A stretch of DNA of 64,000 bases. Origin: Octopus vulgaris. Lineage: Eukaryota. A program made the position numbers and the translations under genes. Position 1 is the stretch's first letter. Every line of letters starts with the position of its first letter. The stretch is from positions 57,474,001-57,538,000 of the forward strand of contig OX597821.1 in assembly GCA_951406725.2 (NCBI GenBank), in the 5' to 3' direction. Below, piece by piece: positions 25,857 through 40,400 of the stretch. The notes below the pieces were generated by a model. The model was given only the letters and a program-made list of their open reading frames with translations, was not told the DNA's origin and did not search any database.

Positions 25857-28369
25857 TTAATGTATGTTATAGAAATTTTTCTAAAGCTAGTCGAGTGTTT
25901 TAAGGAACATTACTTTCTTTAGCACTTGCTTAAACAACAATGAATTCCTTTAACTTGCCATTCATCATTTTATATCTCCTGGTCCCTTTACCTTTTAATA
26001 TTTATAAAATCATATAACTACGATTTTGGCACGGACAAGTTAACTTTCTGTTTCGATACGGCCACTCCTCAAAGCCGCCCAAATCGATTATTGATCTGCG
26101 ATTACCTCTCTCCGTCCCGTCCTCCAGATTAAAGGGTCATGGAAACTACATTTCCTCCTGACTAAAAGATGAAAGTAAAAATGTTTGCACAGGTACTTAA
26201 AATATACATCTTCTGACACAACCATCGATATACCATTATACCAGTACATTTCCTTATGTCAACACACCATTCTATCATGTTGACATCGTACTTAAGCGAT
26301 TACGCCCTTATATCATTAACGATCCGATGGTAATCACTTCCTTCAACATCTTCAACTTTACCTCACACTCTTTCTCTATTCTCTCTCTCACATACGCACA
26401 AAACCCTCCCATCTTTACAATTCTTTCAGTGCATTCCAATAATGGCCCTCTACACCGTATATGCGTGCCTGCGTGTTTGTAAAATACACACCCGCTCGAC
26501 GACTTCCGTTCTAGCACGATTCATCATGATACTTGCTTTTCCTAAACACAGTTTTCTGTTTAATATTCTTTTTAATATTCTCCTCTTCCATCTCTCAAGA
26601 CAACCAACAAACTGCACAGACCATTGAATTCTCCCCCCCCCCACCGCAATCCTTTTTCTTTTGACAACATAAAATGTTGACTTTATATTATTCTTCGTCC
26701 TGTTTTGTTTTTCCTTCATTTTTGCTTAGAAATTGCTTTCTGGGTGATTTATCACTTTGGTATTGGTTCAAGCGTAATGTACTTTTGACATATGCACACA
26801 TAGGCGTACACACATTACATAATACACATATATATATACGCATATTATCTATGCAGTATTATAAATTTAGTCTCATAACAGCCAATTCATGTAACCAAAC
26901 GGTTTCATGCCACAAACATTTCAAATGTGGAAGGATAATTTAACAGTCGTCTGTACTAGAAGTTTTAAACCCCAAAACACCGCATCATGTTTACGAGTTT
27001 TAGAGATATTGCAAAAAACAAAAAAACAAAGAAAAAAGAAAACCGGAACGAATCCCAAGGATGAAAAAAATGGGAAAACACAAGAAATGAAGCTGGCCTT
27101 ATGCCCATCATTTATATCAGTTAAATTTGTAGTTTCAGTCCTTGTCTTTCATGTTACCATTTCTGTGGCAACAGGCCACTGTAATGTTTTGCGTATATGC
27201 AACTGTGGAATGAAAAGGAGGTAAGAGTGAGATGGAGGAGGTGAAGAAGAAAGTGGCAGATGGAAATGGGAGAGAGAGAGCTGAGAAGGATTTTTTGAAA
27301 CATGTGGTGTGTTGATGCATAGATAAGTGTAAGTACTAGGAAAGAGCATTTTATGGCGAGAGTACTTCAAATGGCATAAAAGTTAGCTTTTAAACTGAAA
27401 CAGATCAGCTGGCTAAAATATATTTCTGGTAATGAAGGCAAGGAAAGAAACCTCAGATTTAGAGTTCAAGAAGATCACCAGAATATTTGGATATTCTTCT
27501 GAATATTCCTTTTCTTTGCCAAAATTTTGACAAAGAAAAGGATCGTTCAGAAGAATTAGGTTAGGTCTGCACATTTCCAGTAAACACTCGATGAACTATC
27601 TTCCTGTTATGAACTTCCACGTTAACGAATATACAAAACTTTGGGCCTTTTATTTATCTATGGCAGTCGAACTATGGACATAGAACACGTGACCAGAGAG
27701 TCGCATGTGCACCCGCCCATGGATGTTGTCATATTTACAAACAAAATTATATACGCTATTGGATGGACGTTGACTAAATAATCTAGCCGCTAACACGTTA
27801 TCTTTCTCATCGCGAAGGACGTTCGAAAACAGTCTTCCTCTACAAACAAGCTTAACTGGGAGCTTGGAACAATTCACCCATAAAAGAGAGTGTGCCGGTT
27901 TATATGGTTAATGTTAATAGGACTAACCATCGGATCATTGGTATGACGTACACACATACATAGACTCATACATGCACACCTACATACATCGACACATATG
28001 CGCATAAACGCACACACATGTATGTATGTGTACGTATATGAATATATATATATATATATATACATATATTTTTTAATTTTATTTTATCTAGTTTCAGCTC
28101 ACGAGCTGTAGCCATGCTGGGGCACCGCCATATATATATATATATATATATATATACGATTACACATTCACACACATTCATATATACATATATGTGAATG
28201 TGCACAAATATACATATGGATGTATAAATATATGTGTGCGTGTGTGTGTGTATACATGTATATAAATATATATATCCATATGTATTTACATAAATAAGTA
28301 TATAGACATGTATAAATACCGACATGCACACATACATTTACTTATATATGTGTGAATATATTATATATA

Positions 28370-29300
28370 TGGGGTGGGGAGTCATCACACAAATAAGGCG
28401 GATCTTTCAGCTTCATGAACTAAATATCAGAGGGGGACGGGCTAAACTACCTGCATCAACCTGCTATAAAAGCAGGAAGTAATTTTACCTTGAACTTATT
28501 CTTAGTGCAAGTTTTGAAGAATGCAGTCCGATTTTAAAAGTTATTCAACCATCCATCGTCACCTGCATGCCATCGGAAAAGTCAGCAAATTGTGTCAATG
28601 GGTTCCTCACAAACTTTCCGTGTTTCATCGCACGCACAGTGTAAATGTGTGCCCTTCGTTGCTGTCTCGTCTCACGAATGAACCTTTTTTGGACCGAATA
28701 GTAACTGGTTCCCTATAAAAATGTCAAGCGCTGAAGACAGTTGGTATGGAAAAGAGAAACACCGGCGTCCCAAGCTAAAGAAGATCTTCTTCCAACTAAG
28801 GTGTTGCTATCTGTTTGATGGGATATGAAAGGTTTAATTCACATTGAACTTTTAAACCCAACCCAAACGATAACAAAGGAGATCTACTGCGAGTAGCTTG
28901 AGTGTCCTAAGTCAGCGCTAGAAGGAAAACGACCGTCTCTGGTTTCAAAACGAAAGGCATTCTTCCATTAGGATAATGCTCGGCCACATACAGCGAGAAT
29001 GACATTCCAAAGGCTGGGTCAGTTTGAATGGGAAACAATAACACACCCACACATCATATTCGCCGGATGTTGCCCCGTCTGATTATCATTTATTCCGCAG
29101 TCTTCAAAATCATTGAGATGGAAAAATGTGAATTCTGTAGACGAGGTCAGAACAGTACTGGAGGAGTACTTTTCGTCACGGACAAATGAATTTTTGAAGA
29201 GGGGCCCTGTACGTCTACCGAACAGATTGAAGAGCATTGTAGAAAATGGAGAATATATTTTAGATTAAAAAATAATTTTATCTTAATTTTGAAAAATAAA
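28370..29300 (+). mobile_element. Decayed mariner with internal deletion
   Basis: WVPHKL, FLDRIVTG, KVLLSV*WD, H*DNARPH and a YSPD-like region (ATTCGCCGGATGTTGCCCCGTCTGATTATC). Confidence 0.88.
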
Positions 29301-29301
29301 A

Positions 29302-29368
<67 letters not shown>

Positions 29369-29393
29369 CACGCACACACACATATATATATAT

Positions 29394-29436
<43 letters not shown>

Positions 29437-29491
29437 CATATACATACATATACATACATATACATACATATATATATATATATACATACAT

Positions 29492-29522
<31 letters not shown>

Positions 29523-29559
29523 AATATATATATATACATATACATACATATACATACAT

Positions 29560-29598
<39 letters not shown>

Positions 29599-29745
29599 CA
29601 TACATATATACATACATATATATATATACATATACATATACATATATATATACATATATATATACATATACATATACATACATATATATATATATATACA
29701 TATACATACATATATATATATATACATATACATACATATATATAT

Positions 29746-29778
<33 letters not shown>

Positions 29779-29781
29779 CAT

Positions 29782-29826
<45 letters not shown>
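29302..29826. repeat. Long TA/CATA compound microsatellite
   Basis: Directly visible, about 525 bp. Confidence 0.97.
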
Positions 29827-29828
<2 letters not shown>

Positions 29829-30028
29829 GGGAGAGTTTATGAAAAAAACTAAAGACGAAGACAGGTGGTGTACAAAACAAACAGATGTATTAGTATAACG
29901 CTCAAGAATAGAAAAAGTATTTTACGTTTCGAGCCTACGCTCTTCTACAGAAAGGGAGATAGAAAAAAAACAAGGCGAGAAACAAGGAGAGAAAAAATGT
30001 GTGTAGTGGCTAACGATCTATCATGGCG
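29829..30028 (-). mobile_element. About 200-bp TA-flanked element with minimal HHR-like motif
   Basis: Second copy at 47188-47375. Minus strand reads CCTTT CTGTAGA A GAGC-GTAG-GCTC GAAA CGTA AAA (29918-29955). Confidence 0.7.
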
Positions 30029-30103
30029 TCTCATATATATATATATATACACACATACATATACACAAACACACACACACATACGTACATAATACATATA
30101 TGT

Positions 30104-30500
30104 AGGCGCAGAAGTGGCTGTGTAGTAAGTACCTTGTTTATCAACCATATGGTTCTGGGTTCAGTCCCGTTGTGTGACACCTTGGGAAAATGTCTTCTAC
30201 TACAGCCTCAGGTTGACCAAAGCCTTGTAAGTGGATTTGGTAGACGGAAACTGAAAGAAGCCTGCCGTATGTATATATATATATATATATACATATATAT
30301 ATAATATATATACATATATATGTTTGTGTGTCTGTTTGTCCCCCCACCATCGCTTGACAACCAATGTTGGTGTGTTTACGTCCTCGTAACATTAGCGGTT
30401 CAGTAAAAGCGTCCGCCAGAATAAGTACTAGGCTTGCAAAGTGCTGTGGTCGATTTTTTTATACTAAAGGCGGTGCTCCAGCATGGCTGCAGTCAAGATG
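30104..30500 (+). mobile_element. SINE family B
   Basis: Head, internal TA/TG tract and tail are all present. Confidence 0.9.
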
Positions 30501-30835
30501 AATAAAATATATATCCATATCTTACATTTGCATTTGTACATACATATATGCAAGTGTGATTTGTATGCAAATATATGTGCACATGGACCGATTCGTATTT
30601 AAGTGCATGTGCGTGTGTATGTGTGTCAGTGTGCGTGTATGTGTGTGTGTGTGTGTGTGTGCGCGTGTGTGTGCATTAACAGGGAGGTGTGTTGCAAAAG
30701 AATTGTGGAGATAGATAAGGAAGTTCACCGGAAAAATGAAAGGACAGCGCAAACGGATGTGATCAAGTCCTCTCCTTTCAACATGTTCTCAACTGGAAAT
30801 TCGGCTTATACGGAAACACACACATACACATACAC

Positions 30836-30868
<33 letters not shown>

Positions 30869-31136
30869 TGCGTGTGTGTGTGTGTGTGTGCGTGCATGTG
30901 TAAAATACATCTATCCATGTATACATGTGCTTGTACACATGTATATGCATGTGTCTACGTATCTGTTTGTCTCTCTCCCTCTTTCTTCACACATACACAC
31001 ACATGTATATGTATAAGCACATTTATGCATGAATATATATATATATAAGCTCTTGTCATAATTATGTATATAATTATAAAATAGTTATATACATACATAC
31101 ATACATACATACATACATACATACATACATACATAC

Positions 31137-31720
31137 AAGGAATACAGGTGGAATGTCCTAGTTAAGACCTCAATAAAACGTAAGCACAACAGACCTAATA
31201 TAATGATTTGAAACAAAGAGAAACTGTGCACAGTTGTAGAAATTAGCTGCCCAGTGGATGTTAACATAAAGCTAAAGATCAGTGAAAAAGAGAACACCTA
31301 TGCTGAACTATTGGGAAATCTGCAGTTACTCTATCCAGATTACAAGTTCAGGTGTATACCTGTAATTATTGGGGCCCTCGGATATGTAGCACACTGCCTA
31401 AATACCAATCTCGAGAAATTAGCGTTCTCGAAACCAGAAAGGAGAAAGCTAATTCGATGACTTCAGATCCAATCCATCGCTGGAACTGTAAAAATCTGTA
31501 AAACTTTCCAGAATTTATCATTTAGATATATATGAGCATGTCTAGTTATGCAACTATATGCATGAGAATACATACATAAAATATACAGATCTGCACATAC
31601 CTACATACAAAAATACCCCGTTGTTGATGTTGAAATTCCAATAAAGAAGTTTGGGATTTAGGTTAGAAATCGGTTCTTTCTCTATTGGTAAGAAAACTTG
31701 AGATAAACTGAATAATGACA
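31137..31720 (+). mobile_element. 5'-truncated R4/Dong-type non-LTR retrotransposon (RLE domain plus 3'UTR)
   Basis: WNVLVKTSIKRKHNRPNIMI*NKEK..VVEISCPVDVNI..EKENTYAEL..IPVIIGALG is a PD-(D/E)xK RLE motif with PD changed to PN and in-frame stops. It starts directly after (TACA)n. Confidence 0.88.
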
Positions 31721-32883
31721 TGAATAGTTAAATAAGATTGTGAAAAACCTTGTAGAATGTTATGTGAAGCTCATCCAGTTATTGGCTACCTGAGATCCTC
31801 ATACAGTAGAAATGCTCCTGTTACTGGATTTACAAGAAATCCGTAGTAACTGATGGGATAAATGAAGGGAAATAGAATGAATAATGTTCGTTATTTCAAA
31901 ATCACTAAAATTTTTTCGATACATATTTGCATTCGTAGTACATTGGTAAGATGCTGTGGAATCATTATCGTCTACCCTAAGTGTAAAATGTGCATCCTCA
32001 ACCATTTGTTCAATGACCTTCTTTAGATCCTAGTCATTTTCATACATACACACATATATAGTAAAATGAAATGTAGAATATTAAACAGGCTAAACTACTT
32101 ATATTGAAATAAACACACTTATTCAATATATTCTTTCGTGACTTTTTGAATCTTTGATTTTCCAGGAACTCTGAGAAACAAACTATGAGCGCACATCTAG
32201 CCGTTATCAGCGGCAATTGAATCTCAAATACTATCTCTCTAAGTATAAGAAAATTCTTTACACTAATAAGTGCTCGACTCTCGGTATCAAGTACTAAAAA
32301 TTAACATACCAAATGAGCTATGATAATCTTAAAGATAGAAATGACTATGTTTTGACATACAGAGAATATTTTTGGTGCAATACCTAGCAAAGAGCTCAAT
32401 GAAATTGGAGAAATATACATGAAGAACTCACGATCTTTAGCAAGCATATAAGAAGCAATAGATGCTACGTGTTTTATAGACGCTGGCGTTTCCACAGGTT
32501 AAACCCACCGGAATCTAACGGGTCCATCCGATTATCTTCACAACTGTTATAATCATTTTATTTATTATCCTTCTATATGTCATACACGTTTAGTTACGCA
32601 GACAAGAGAAAATGTATTTATTGCATGTTGCAAAGTTCATTTGTTTATCCGTTCAAAGATGATTATCCTCTCCGTCACAACTCAGAATTTAGCAGTGTGC
32701 GTGATGCTTCGAATGAATTCTTTTCCAAATACCCCACGGGATTTTTTCAGTTTCCGTCTAACAAATCCACTCACAAGGCTTTGGTCGGCTCGAGGCTATA
32801 GAAGATACTTGCCAAAGGTGCCGCGCAGTGGGACTGCACCCGCAACCATGTGGTTGAGAAACAAACTTCTTACCACTCAGCCG

Positions 32884-32940
<57 letters not shown>

Positions 32941-32943
32941 ATA

Positions 32944-34236
32944 CAAGGGGTGTATGAAAAGTTTTGAGCCTAACCTAGAAACAGGGCTGCTAGGTAGCTG
33001 AAACAATGTTTTCTGGTAAGTACAGTCTTTTCTGAGTATTCTTGCTCATTTTCATGATTCTGATATTTTATTTTGTTTTTTTTACAGATTTTTGAATAAG
33101 CAAGTGTCAAGGTTACAAGGAAAATGGAGAAAACTGAGTATCGTTCTGTCATAAAGTACCTTCATTTAAAAGGCATGATTCCATTCAAAAATCTATAAAG
33201 ATATGGTGTGAACCTTAACAGACAATGCTCCTTCATATGCAACAGTCAAACGCTGGGTAAATGAATGCAAGCGTGGAAGGGAGAGTGTGGAAGATGATCC
33301 CACACCAGGGGCCTCGAACTGCAACCACCGAGGACAACATTAACTTTGCTCTTGGTATGATAATGCAAGATCGTCGAATATCATGTCGTCAGATAGCCGA
33401 GAGACTGGGCATCTCAACTGAAAGAGCAGACAACATTGTGACAAAATAACTTGGGTTCTCAAAGGTTTCTGCAAGGTGAGTCCCTCGCCTTTTGACTCCT
33501 GAACAGAAACGTACCAGGTGCACTTTGTCCACGAGCAACCTGGAATTGTTTGAAGCCGATGAAGAGAACTTTTTTGCTCGTTCCATTACTATGGACGAAA
33601 GTTGGGTTCATCACTACCAGCCTGAAACCAAAGAACAATTAAAGCTGTGAAAACACATAGCTTCTCCTACCCCAAAGAAGGCCAGGGCCATTCCTTCAGC
33701 TGGCAAGGTCATGGCGTCAGTTTTTTGGATTCTCAAGGTGTCTTGCTGATCGATTACCTTGAAAAGGGTCACACCGTGACAGGGCTGTATTATTCTCAGC
33801 TACTGAAACGCCTCCGAGAAGCAATCAAAGAAAAAAGGCCAGGAACGCTCACCAGAGGAGTCCTTTTTCATCACGACAATGCTCCAGCCCACACCTCAGT
33901 GGTTGTCATGGCAACAATTCGTGATTGTGGATACGAACTTGTTCCCCGTCCGCCTTATTCGCCAGACTTAGCCCCCTCTGACTTTCATCTATTCCCAAAA
34001 ATGAAAAAAGCCCTGGCTGGTCGCCATTTTGCCAGTGACAATGACGTCATAGATGCTGTAGGAAGTTTCTTGGAGTCTCAAATAAAAAAAAGTTCCTCTA
34101 CGTCGGGATAATGGCGCTTCAGCACCGATGGAGAAAGTGTTCAGCCATCGAGGGGGACTATGTTGAAAAATATATCATCAGAAGTCTTGTACTATGTTTT
34201 GTTTTTTGAGGCTCAAAACTTTTCATTCACCCCTCG
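32944..34236 (+). mobile_element. Full-length mariner, irritans/Himar1-like, transposase pseudogenised
   Basis: 28-bp TIRs at 32944-32971 and 34209-34236, TA on both sides, 1293 bp long. Motifs MEKTEYRSVIKYL, ITMDESWVHHY, FHHDNAPAH and YSPDLAPSD, with stops and frameshifts. Confidence 0.97.
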
Positions 34237-34485
34237 TATATATATATGTATACACAGCCACTCATCTGCGTGTATATATATATATATACATATGTATGCG
34301 TATGCGCACACACGCACTCAAAGAATTGGCCTCAGACGAATCTTCAGATTATCTGTTCCTTTCTTATGAACAAATATCCATATAGACTTGTATATAAGTC
34401 TATATGGATATTTGTTCATATTTATATATATATTAAATTATACGTGTATCCTGTTTCATGTGCTAATATTTTTAAAGTTCTTTAT

Positions 34486-34613
34486 AATCTCTGATGAGGC
34501 CTATGGTTATATATAAGTACCCTATTTTTAAAGGCCTACAACCTCAATATAATTGACAACTATAGGCACTGGAAAAAACTACTTTTATCCATAGGCTGAA
34601 ACAGCTGTAAGGA
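34486..34613 (+). ncRNA. Type I hammerhead motif with long stem II insertion and palindromic stem III
   Basis: CTGATGA at 34491-34497; stem II GGCCTATGG/CCATAGGCT enclosing 82 nt; GAAACAGCTGTA at 34598-34609; weak stem I TCT/AGG. Confidence 0.7.
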
Positions 34614-35218
34614 GTGATTTTAATGATTTCAATAATTTATATTATGATTTGTATAATTGTATTCTTATCTTATATGTATTGAATTATAATGTATATATTT
34701 ATGCTATTAAGGTTCTCATTTTTGTTAAATGAATAAATAATTCAACATTCTAAAATCCAAAAGCTGATGAACCAACTAAATTGTTTCTCCGTTTTCTTAT
34801 TTGTATTATAAATTAATAGTAAAATATTTCTTTACCTTCACCCGTTTAATACAATAAATAGGTTAATTGCATTGCAATTAAAAACATCTGTGTATTAAGA
34901 ATTTTGGTATTATACCAACAGTATATTGGATAAATATTATCCCTTTGTGGGTTGGATCCGTAACCCCTAACTTACTTGGTGTTATATATATATATATATA
35001 TATATATATACTTCTCTTTTAACTTCTTTTTAACATATCTTCAAGCAACTTTCAGGAAAATCACAAGCGAAAATTATTACAAAATAGTCGACTACTTCAA
35101 TACATACATTCATACGTACATACATACATAATGTTACATATAAACTCACACATGTATATAAGCATGTGTGAGGAATATCATATACATATAATTATATATA
35201 TACATATAATTATACATA

Positions 35219-35264
<46 letters not shown>

Positions 35265-35672
35265 CATACAGAGAGAGAGAGGCCCCCCACACACACACCT
35301 ACACACTTATAGAATATTCCCTTTCAGGATACAATCAATTTAATCCTTCTCGTATGTTGTTATTGCAAGTCGGTTTCTATTTGGTTGTGTTTAAAGTATT
35401 TAGCTACCGAGATCAAATTCACTTTCATCCATAAATAAATTGGATTCCTTTTGTCATGATATCTTTGAAAATACATCTCTTGTCAGCGGTGAACTCTACC
35501 TACCTATCTACCAACATGCCTACCAGCCTACCTGTCTAGCTATCTTATATTATGAATCAATCAGTCAATCAAATCTTTCTTTACTTTCTGTAACTTCTTC
35601 CTTCTTTTATCTTTCTCTCCCATTTTATCCTTTATATACACAAGTGTTGCCTTACCAACGTTTCATGTTTGA

Positions 35673-35722
<50 letters not shown>

Positions 35723-36347
35723 TTAATTGTATGAAATTGTCAGTAACTCATCGCCTAATACCTAATTTTCTAAAATGCTTGTCGAGGGCATATAACTTTC
35801 CATCAATCATTCCGAAGATTGCTAAAAGTCTACATCGGTCTAAAATTAGCTCTTCTCTTTTCTAGAATCCGTTATTTTTGCTGTTGTTGTTGTTTAGGTC
35901 TCAGGTCAGCCATGAATGAGTAGATCTATGATCAAAAGCATTCCAGCCATGACCACTCGATTTTATTTGCTATTTACTATTTTACAATTGATCTAAACAG
36001 AGAAAAAAAAAACTGGCGTGCGATTTATACTCGGAACAAAACTAAAACTCCGAAGGGATAAATATTTTTAAAAAATCATTTAACACTAAATTAGGGGATA
36101 AGACATATACACGAGTGCAGCTTATACACAAGTGATACTTATACATGTGTGTGACTCGTTCACGAGTAAATACTGCATATCCTTTATTGTTAACTTGTAC
36201 CTGTCATTAGACTGCGGTCATTCTGGAGCACTGCTTTGAAGAATGAATCAACCCCAGTACTTTTTTCTAAAGGCTGGTACTTATTCTGGTGGTCTCTTTT
36301 ATCGAACCGCTACATTCGGGAACGCAAACACATCATTACCGTTTGTC

Positions 36348-36389
<42 letters not shown>

Positions 36390-36628
36390 TTGCTATTATG
36401 TTAAACTGTCCTATATCCAAATTTGACCAAATGCGATTTTTGCAATATTTATTTATTTTTCTGTTCTTTTGGTCAAATTATCTCATCTCTAGTTGTTTCA
36501 GATGCCAAGGTATCAAACATTTCCAAAGCGTGGTACAACAGTTTTGCTATGTATGAATTTGCACAAGTATAAATTACGTAAACAACTTCACCTCATCGCC
36601 AGACGCATCCTCTACACTAGACTTGTTC

Positions 36629-36688
<60 letters not shown>

Positions 36689-37524
36689 AGCACCTTTGAT
36701 AAAGAACTACTGGGTACTCGGATATTGCCAGATGGGCGGTTAGTATAAAATCAAATTGACCAGCTTCGATATGTTTCTTCATAAGTTGAAATTTATAATT
36801 TATAATTTTGATTCGAACTGATCTTTTCTTTAGTTAATTTAGTCTTGTTTCTTTGGGTGGAAATTTGAATTTGATAAATATCCGGATGATCACGACTGGC
36901 ATGCTTTTCTTCTTCCTCATGTAAAAATATCTCTACTAAATCCATAAAAAGATAGGGGCGGGAAGATCACATTTGAAAAGTTGGAAAGAAAAATCTCTGA
37001 TATCATAAAAAGACGGAACTGTCACAGTTGGAATGCTTCCGTTTTTACTCATTCTTACAGCTAGAAAATTCGGGGGGAAAAAAAGATCTAACTCTACGAA
37101 ATAAAAGAGGTGGTCACGATTAAAACGCTGATATTAATATTTGATAAATTCATGATGACTCAATGATACAAAAAATAACTTTATCTCAAAACGAAACTCA
37201 AGAACTAGAAGGCCCTCTCAGGAAAACCCAATAGAAAATTGGACCAAAGAAGAGATCGAAAACGTGATGCCTTTTTCTGTTCCCAAAACGTACTAAAAAG
37301 AACTTCATCGCTTATTTCAATATATGTTTTGCGATGTAAAATTCAGTAATTAGTGCTTGTTGCCGTTGAAATCATAAAATTACAGATGTATTGAAGACCA
37401 AACCATCAAATCATTAAAAATTAGTATTTCTGGAAACAGCGACAGTACAATTTCTTTCATTTGTCGATGGTAACGGAAAAAAAAAACACAAACAAACAAA
37501 CAATGGTTGGAAAGTTGTCAATAG

Positions 37525-38125
37525 ATGCAGGTTTCGCTGCGTGGTTAGGAACCTCACTTTGTAACCACACGGCTTTGGATTCAGTACCACTGCGCGTTAC
37601 TGTAGGTAACTGTCTTCTGCTATAAATCCGGGTTGACCAATGCATTGAGAGAGTTTGGTAAACAGAAACTGTTTTGTAAGCCTGCCTTACACACACACGC
37701 ACATACCTTTATGCATTCAGAAAGATAAACATAATACATACATATATAGATACGTGTACTCAAACACGCACGCACACACAAATACATCTACATAGAGCAT
37801 AACACACACACACAAATACATCTACATAGAGCATAACACACACACACACACACACAAATACATCTACACAGATCATAACACACACACACACACACACACA
37901 TATATACACACACAAACATATATGTCTGGGGGGATTTTTGTGTTTGTCCACCACTTAACAGCCGGTGTTGGTTAATTTACGCCCCCATAGCCTAGCAGTT
38001 CGGCAGACAGATCGATAAAAGGATTACCCGACTTTACAAAAAAAATAATCACCGGGATTAATTTATTCGGCTAAACCTTTCAAGGTGGTGCCCCTGCATG
38101 GCCACACTCCATTAACTGAAATACG
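37525..38125 (+). mobile_element. SINE family B with an internal three-unit minisatellite
   Basis: Head 37525-37690 and tail 37940-38125. AAATACATCTACATAGAGCATAA(CA)n occurs three times at about 37779-37900. Confidence 0.8.
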
Positions 38126-38149
38126 TAAAAGTACAAGATAAAAGAAATC

Positions 38150-39505
38150 ATATTCGAAAATCATTCCTCGTGTCCTACAGAATGGAAGTAAAGGATAAGA
38201 TTGCGAAAATTCCTTCGTCCAAAGATACAATGAAATTTTGGTCTATGCTGATGATCTGAAGCGAAACTGTTGGAAGTAACATTTCGCTCTGAAATAGGGT
38301 GAAATCACTAACGTAAAGATTGACGCTTTAATCATATATAATGATGTTTCCTGGATCAAAACTTCGGAACAAATTTTCTAGTGTTGTCTCTTTTGCTAAC
38401 CAGTCGGGCGATCACCTTAGATGGGAATTTATTTGCTCCAAAACTTGACGGATTCGCGGTGAGTGAAAATTTGAGTGAAAACATCTTGCTGTGGTTGCAT
38501 TACAGCGTTGCAACCAGTAGAGAGTAGCATAAAGAAACCACCGCTAACATCAAAGAAATATCCCAGAACTGGCACGAACTGAGAAGTGAACTTGAAGAAT
38601 TGTTGCAAGATGTAATGAAAACTGTTATTAATAAATAAATAGATAGATAAAAATTCGGCTGTTTTTAAGTAGATTATTTTGCAATTTAATGGCTGTCATG
38701 TCGAAGCGCTTTTGAAAGAGACAGAAATCTCCAAATAGATTTATTGTCTTTACTGAGCAAGGTGACGTGAACATGAGGCATTTCAATGTTTGATTGATCC
38801 AATTGTGTTATAAGGCATCTGTTTCTTAACATTTGAATCGAAGATTAACTTATTCTATGAAGGCAAAAGAGATGATATCTTCGATGCATTTAAGAGAACA
38901 AGAAGCATGGACATTAAGACTACAAAGCGGTGGCATAAAACGTTTGTAAAAACAATGTTCTACAAATTCCAACATTTTGAGAGCTTCCTTAGAAAGTACG
39001 AATGTAAAAAGAAAAAATATATCCAGCTTGATTTGTATATCATTTGTGATCATCTGCTGGTGGTGTCTAGAGATTTTGCGACGTACTTTCCTCAGAAGTA
39101 TAGGCAGGACTTGGAAAAGTCAAACGTGGATAGTTAATTGTATTTGTCATAAATCACATCAAGCGTGAAGACTTTAAGAAAATGTCAGAAGTGATAAGAT
39201 ATCTTCGTTATGACTTCACAAATAAATATTCTAAGATGTACTGTTGCTATGGAAACTATCGGATTGGGTTCCTTACTTTCTCTGAGTGCAAATGTATTGA
39301 CAGGAAGGTCATTCCCTCACTAGCAATGATGACAGCATTTTTCCAGTCTGAACAAGGATTTTCGAGTTTAGTAAAATTGTATGCAAAACTGGAATTCACT
39401 AACTTATATTGATTCGGTAATGCAATGCAGGTTTAATATAAAATGAAATTTAGCTTCAGTTTGAAAAGCTGTTATATAGAGAAACTGTACACTCCTCCCA
39501 GTTAA
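38150..39505 (+). pseudogene. Heavily decayed hAT transposase (Buster/Charlie/SPIN-like)
   Basis: Collinear remnants of SxDT, FAL...E.T, WLH..., SEQGFSSL (the CExGFS dimerisation motif) and a terminal HSSQ. Confidence 0.55.
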
Positions 39506-39949
39506 AAGTGGTAGTATTCAGCCATTATAAATAAAGCAGTAGCCAGTCAAAGAAAGGTTGAGAGTATGTGTAAACTGTGTTGATAGTTGTGTCTGTGTTG
39601 ATGTAGTAATTATACAGTGATACTGCGTGGACGTTATAACGATCCAACCTTTTGAGGATAATAACACCGTATGAGTACAGGTCGTACAGTGCCAGATAGA
39701 ACCATTCTAATCGGTCAGAGCGATGACCGCCATCAAAGACATACAGTTGGGGCAAAAGGCCGCTTTACAACAAAGGTTTATGATAAGAACAACCTTGCCA
39801 TTAGTTACAAAAACATGTGAGTATAAAAGTACACCGCTTGTGGTGTTTGCGCTAAAAATACAAATATTACACCAAGGAAACAAGGCTTCTTGGAATTGCA
39901 TTCTAAGTTGCTGACTGTTCTTTACTAACTTTACTTTTATCTAAACTAG

Positions 39950-40400
39950 AATGAAATCACTGTTGTCAAAAAGCTTGTTTTGCAACCAAATGGTTCCGAG
40001 TTCAGTCACAATAGGCGATTCCTGCGACGCGGGGTGGGTCATCTACTATAGTCCCGGACCGACCAACGCTTTGTGTGAAATTGATTCACGGAAACTAAAC
40101 CTGCCGAATATATATATATACACACAAACGTGTGTATGTGCGTGCGTGCAGATGTATACACACTGTACACAAACACACACACATATATACACACATACAA
40201 GTATGTGTGTTTGTGCTTATATGTTTTTCTCCCTTCCTCGCGAAACAACTAGTGCTGGTTTTTTTTTTCGTTTCCGTAACGTAGCAATTCGGAAAAATAG
40301 AAACTGATAAAATATATTGTGCATCGATTACAGCGATAAAATGAATCCTTGAAGGCGGTGCACCAGCATGGCCGCAGTGCAATGTTTGAAAGAAGTAAAA
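39950..40400 (+). mobile_element. SINE family B, diverged
   Basis: Tail GAAGGCGGTGCACCAGCATGGCCGCAG plus head remnants. Confidence 0.75.

Noticed and set aside
31750-32050. Minus-strand DLKKVIEQMVEDAHFTLRVDD, possibly a DNA transposase remnant
   Set aside because: It is too short and degenerate to assign without a search.
33124-34180. Possible functional or domesticated mariner transposase
   Set aside because: It has several in-frame stops and frameshifts despite intact TIRs.
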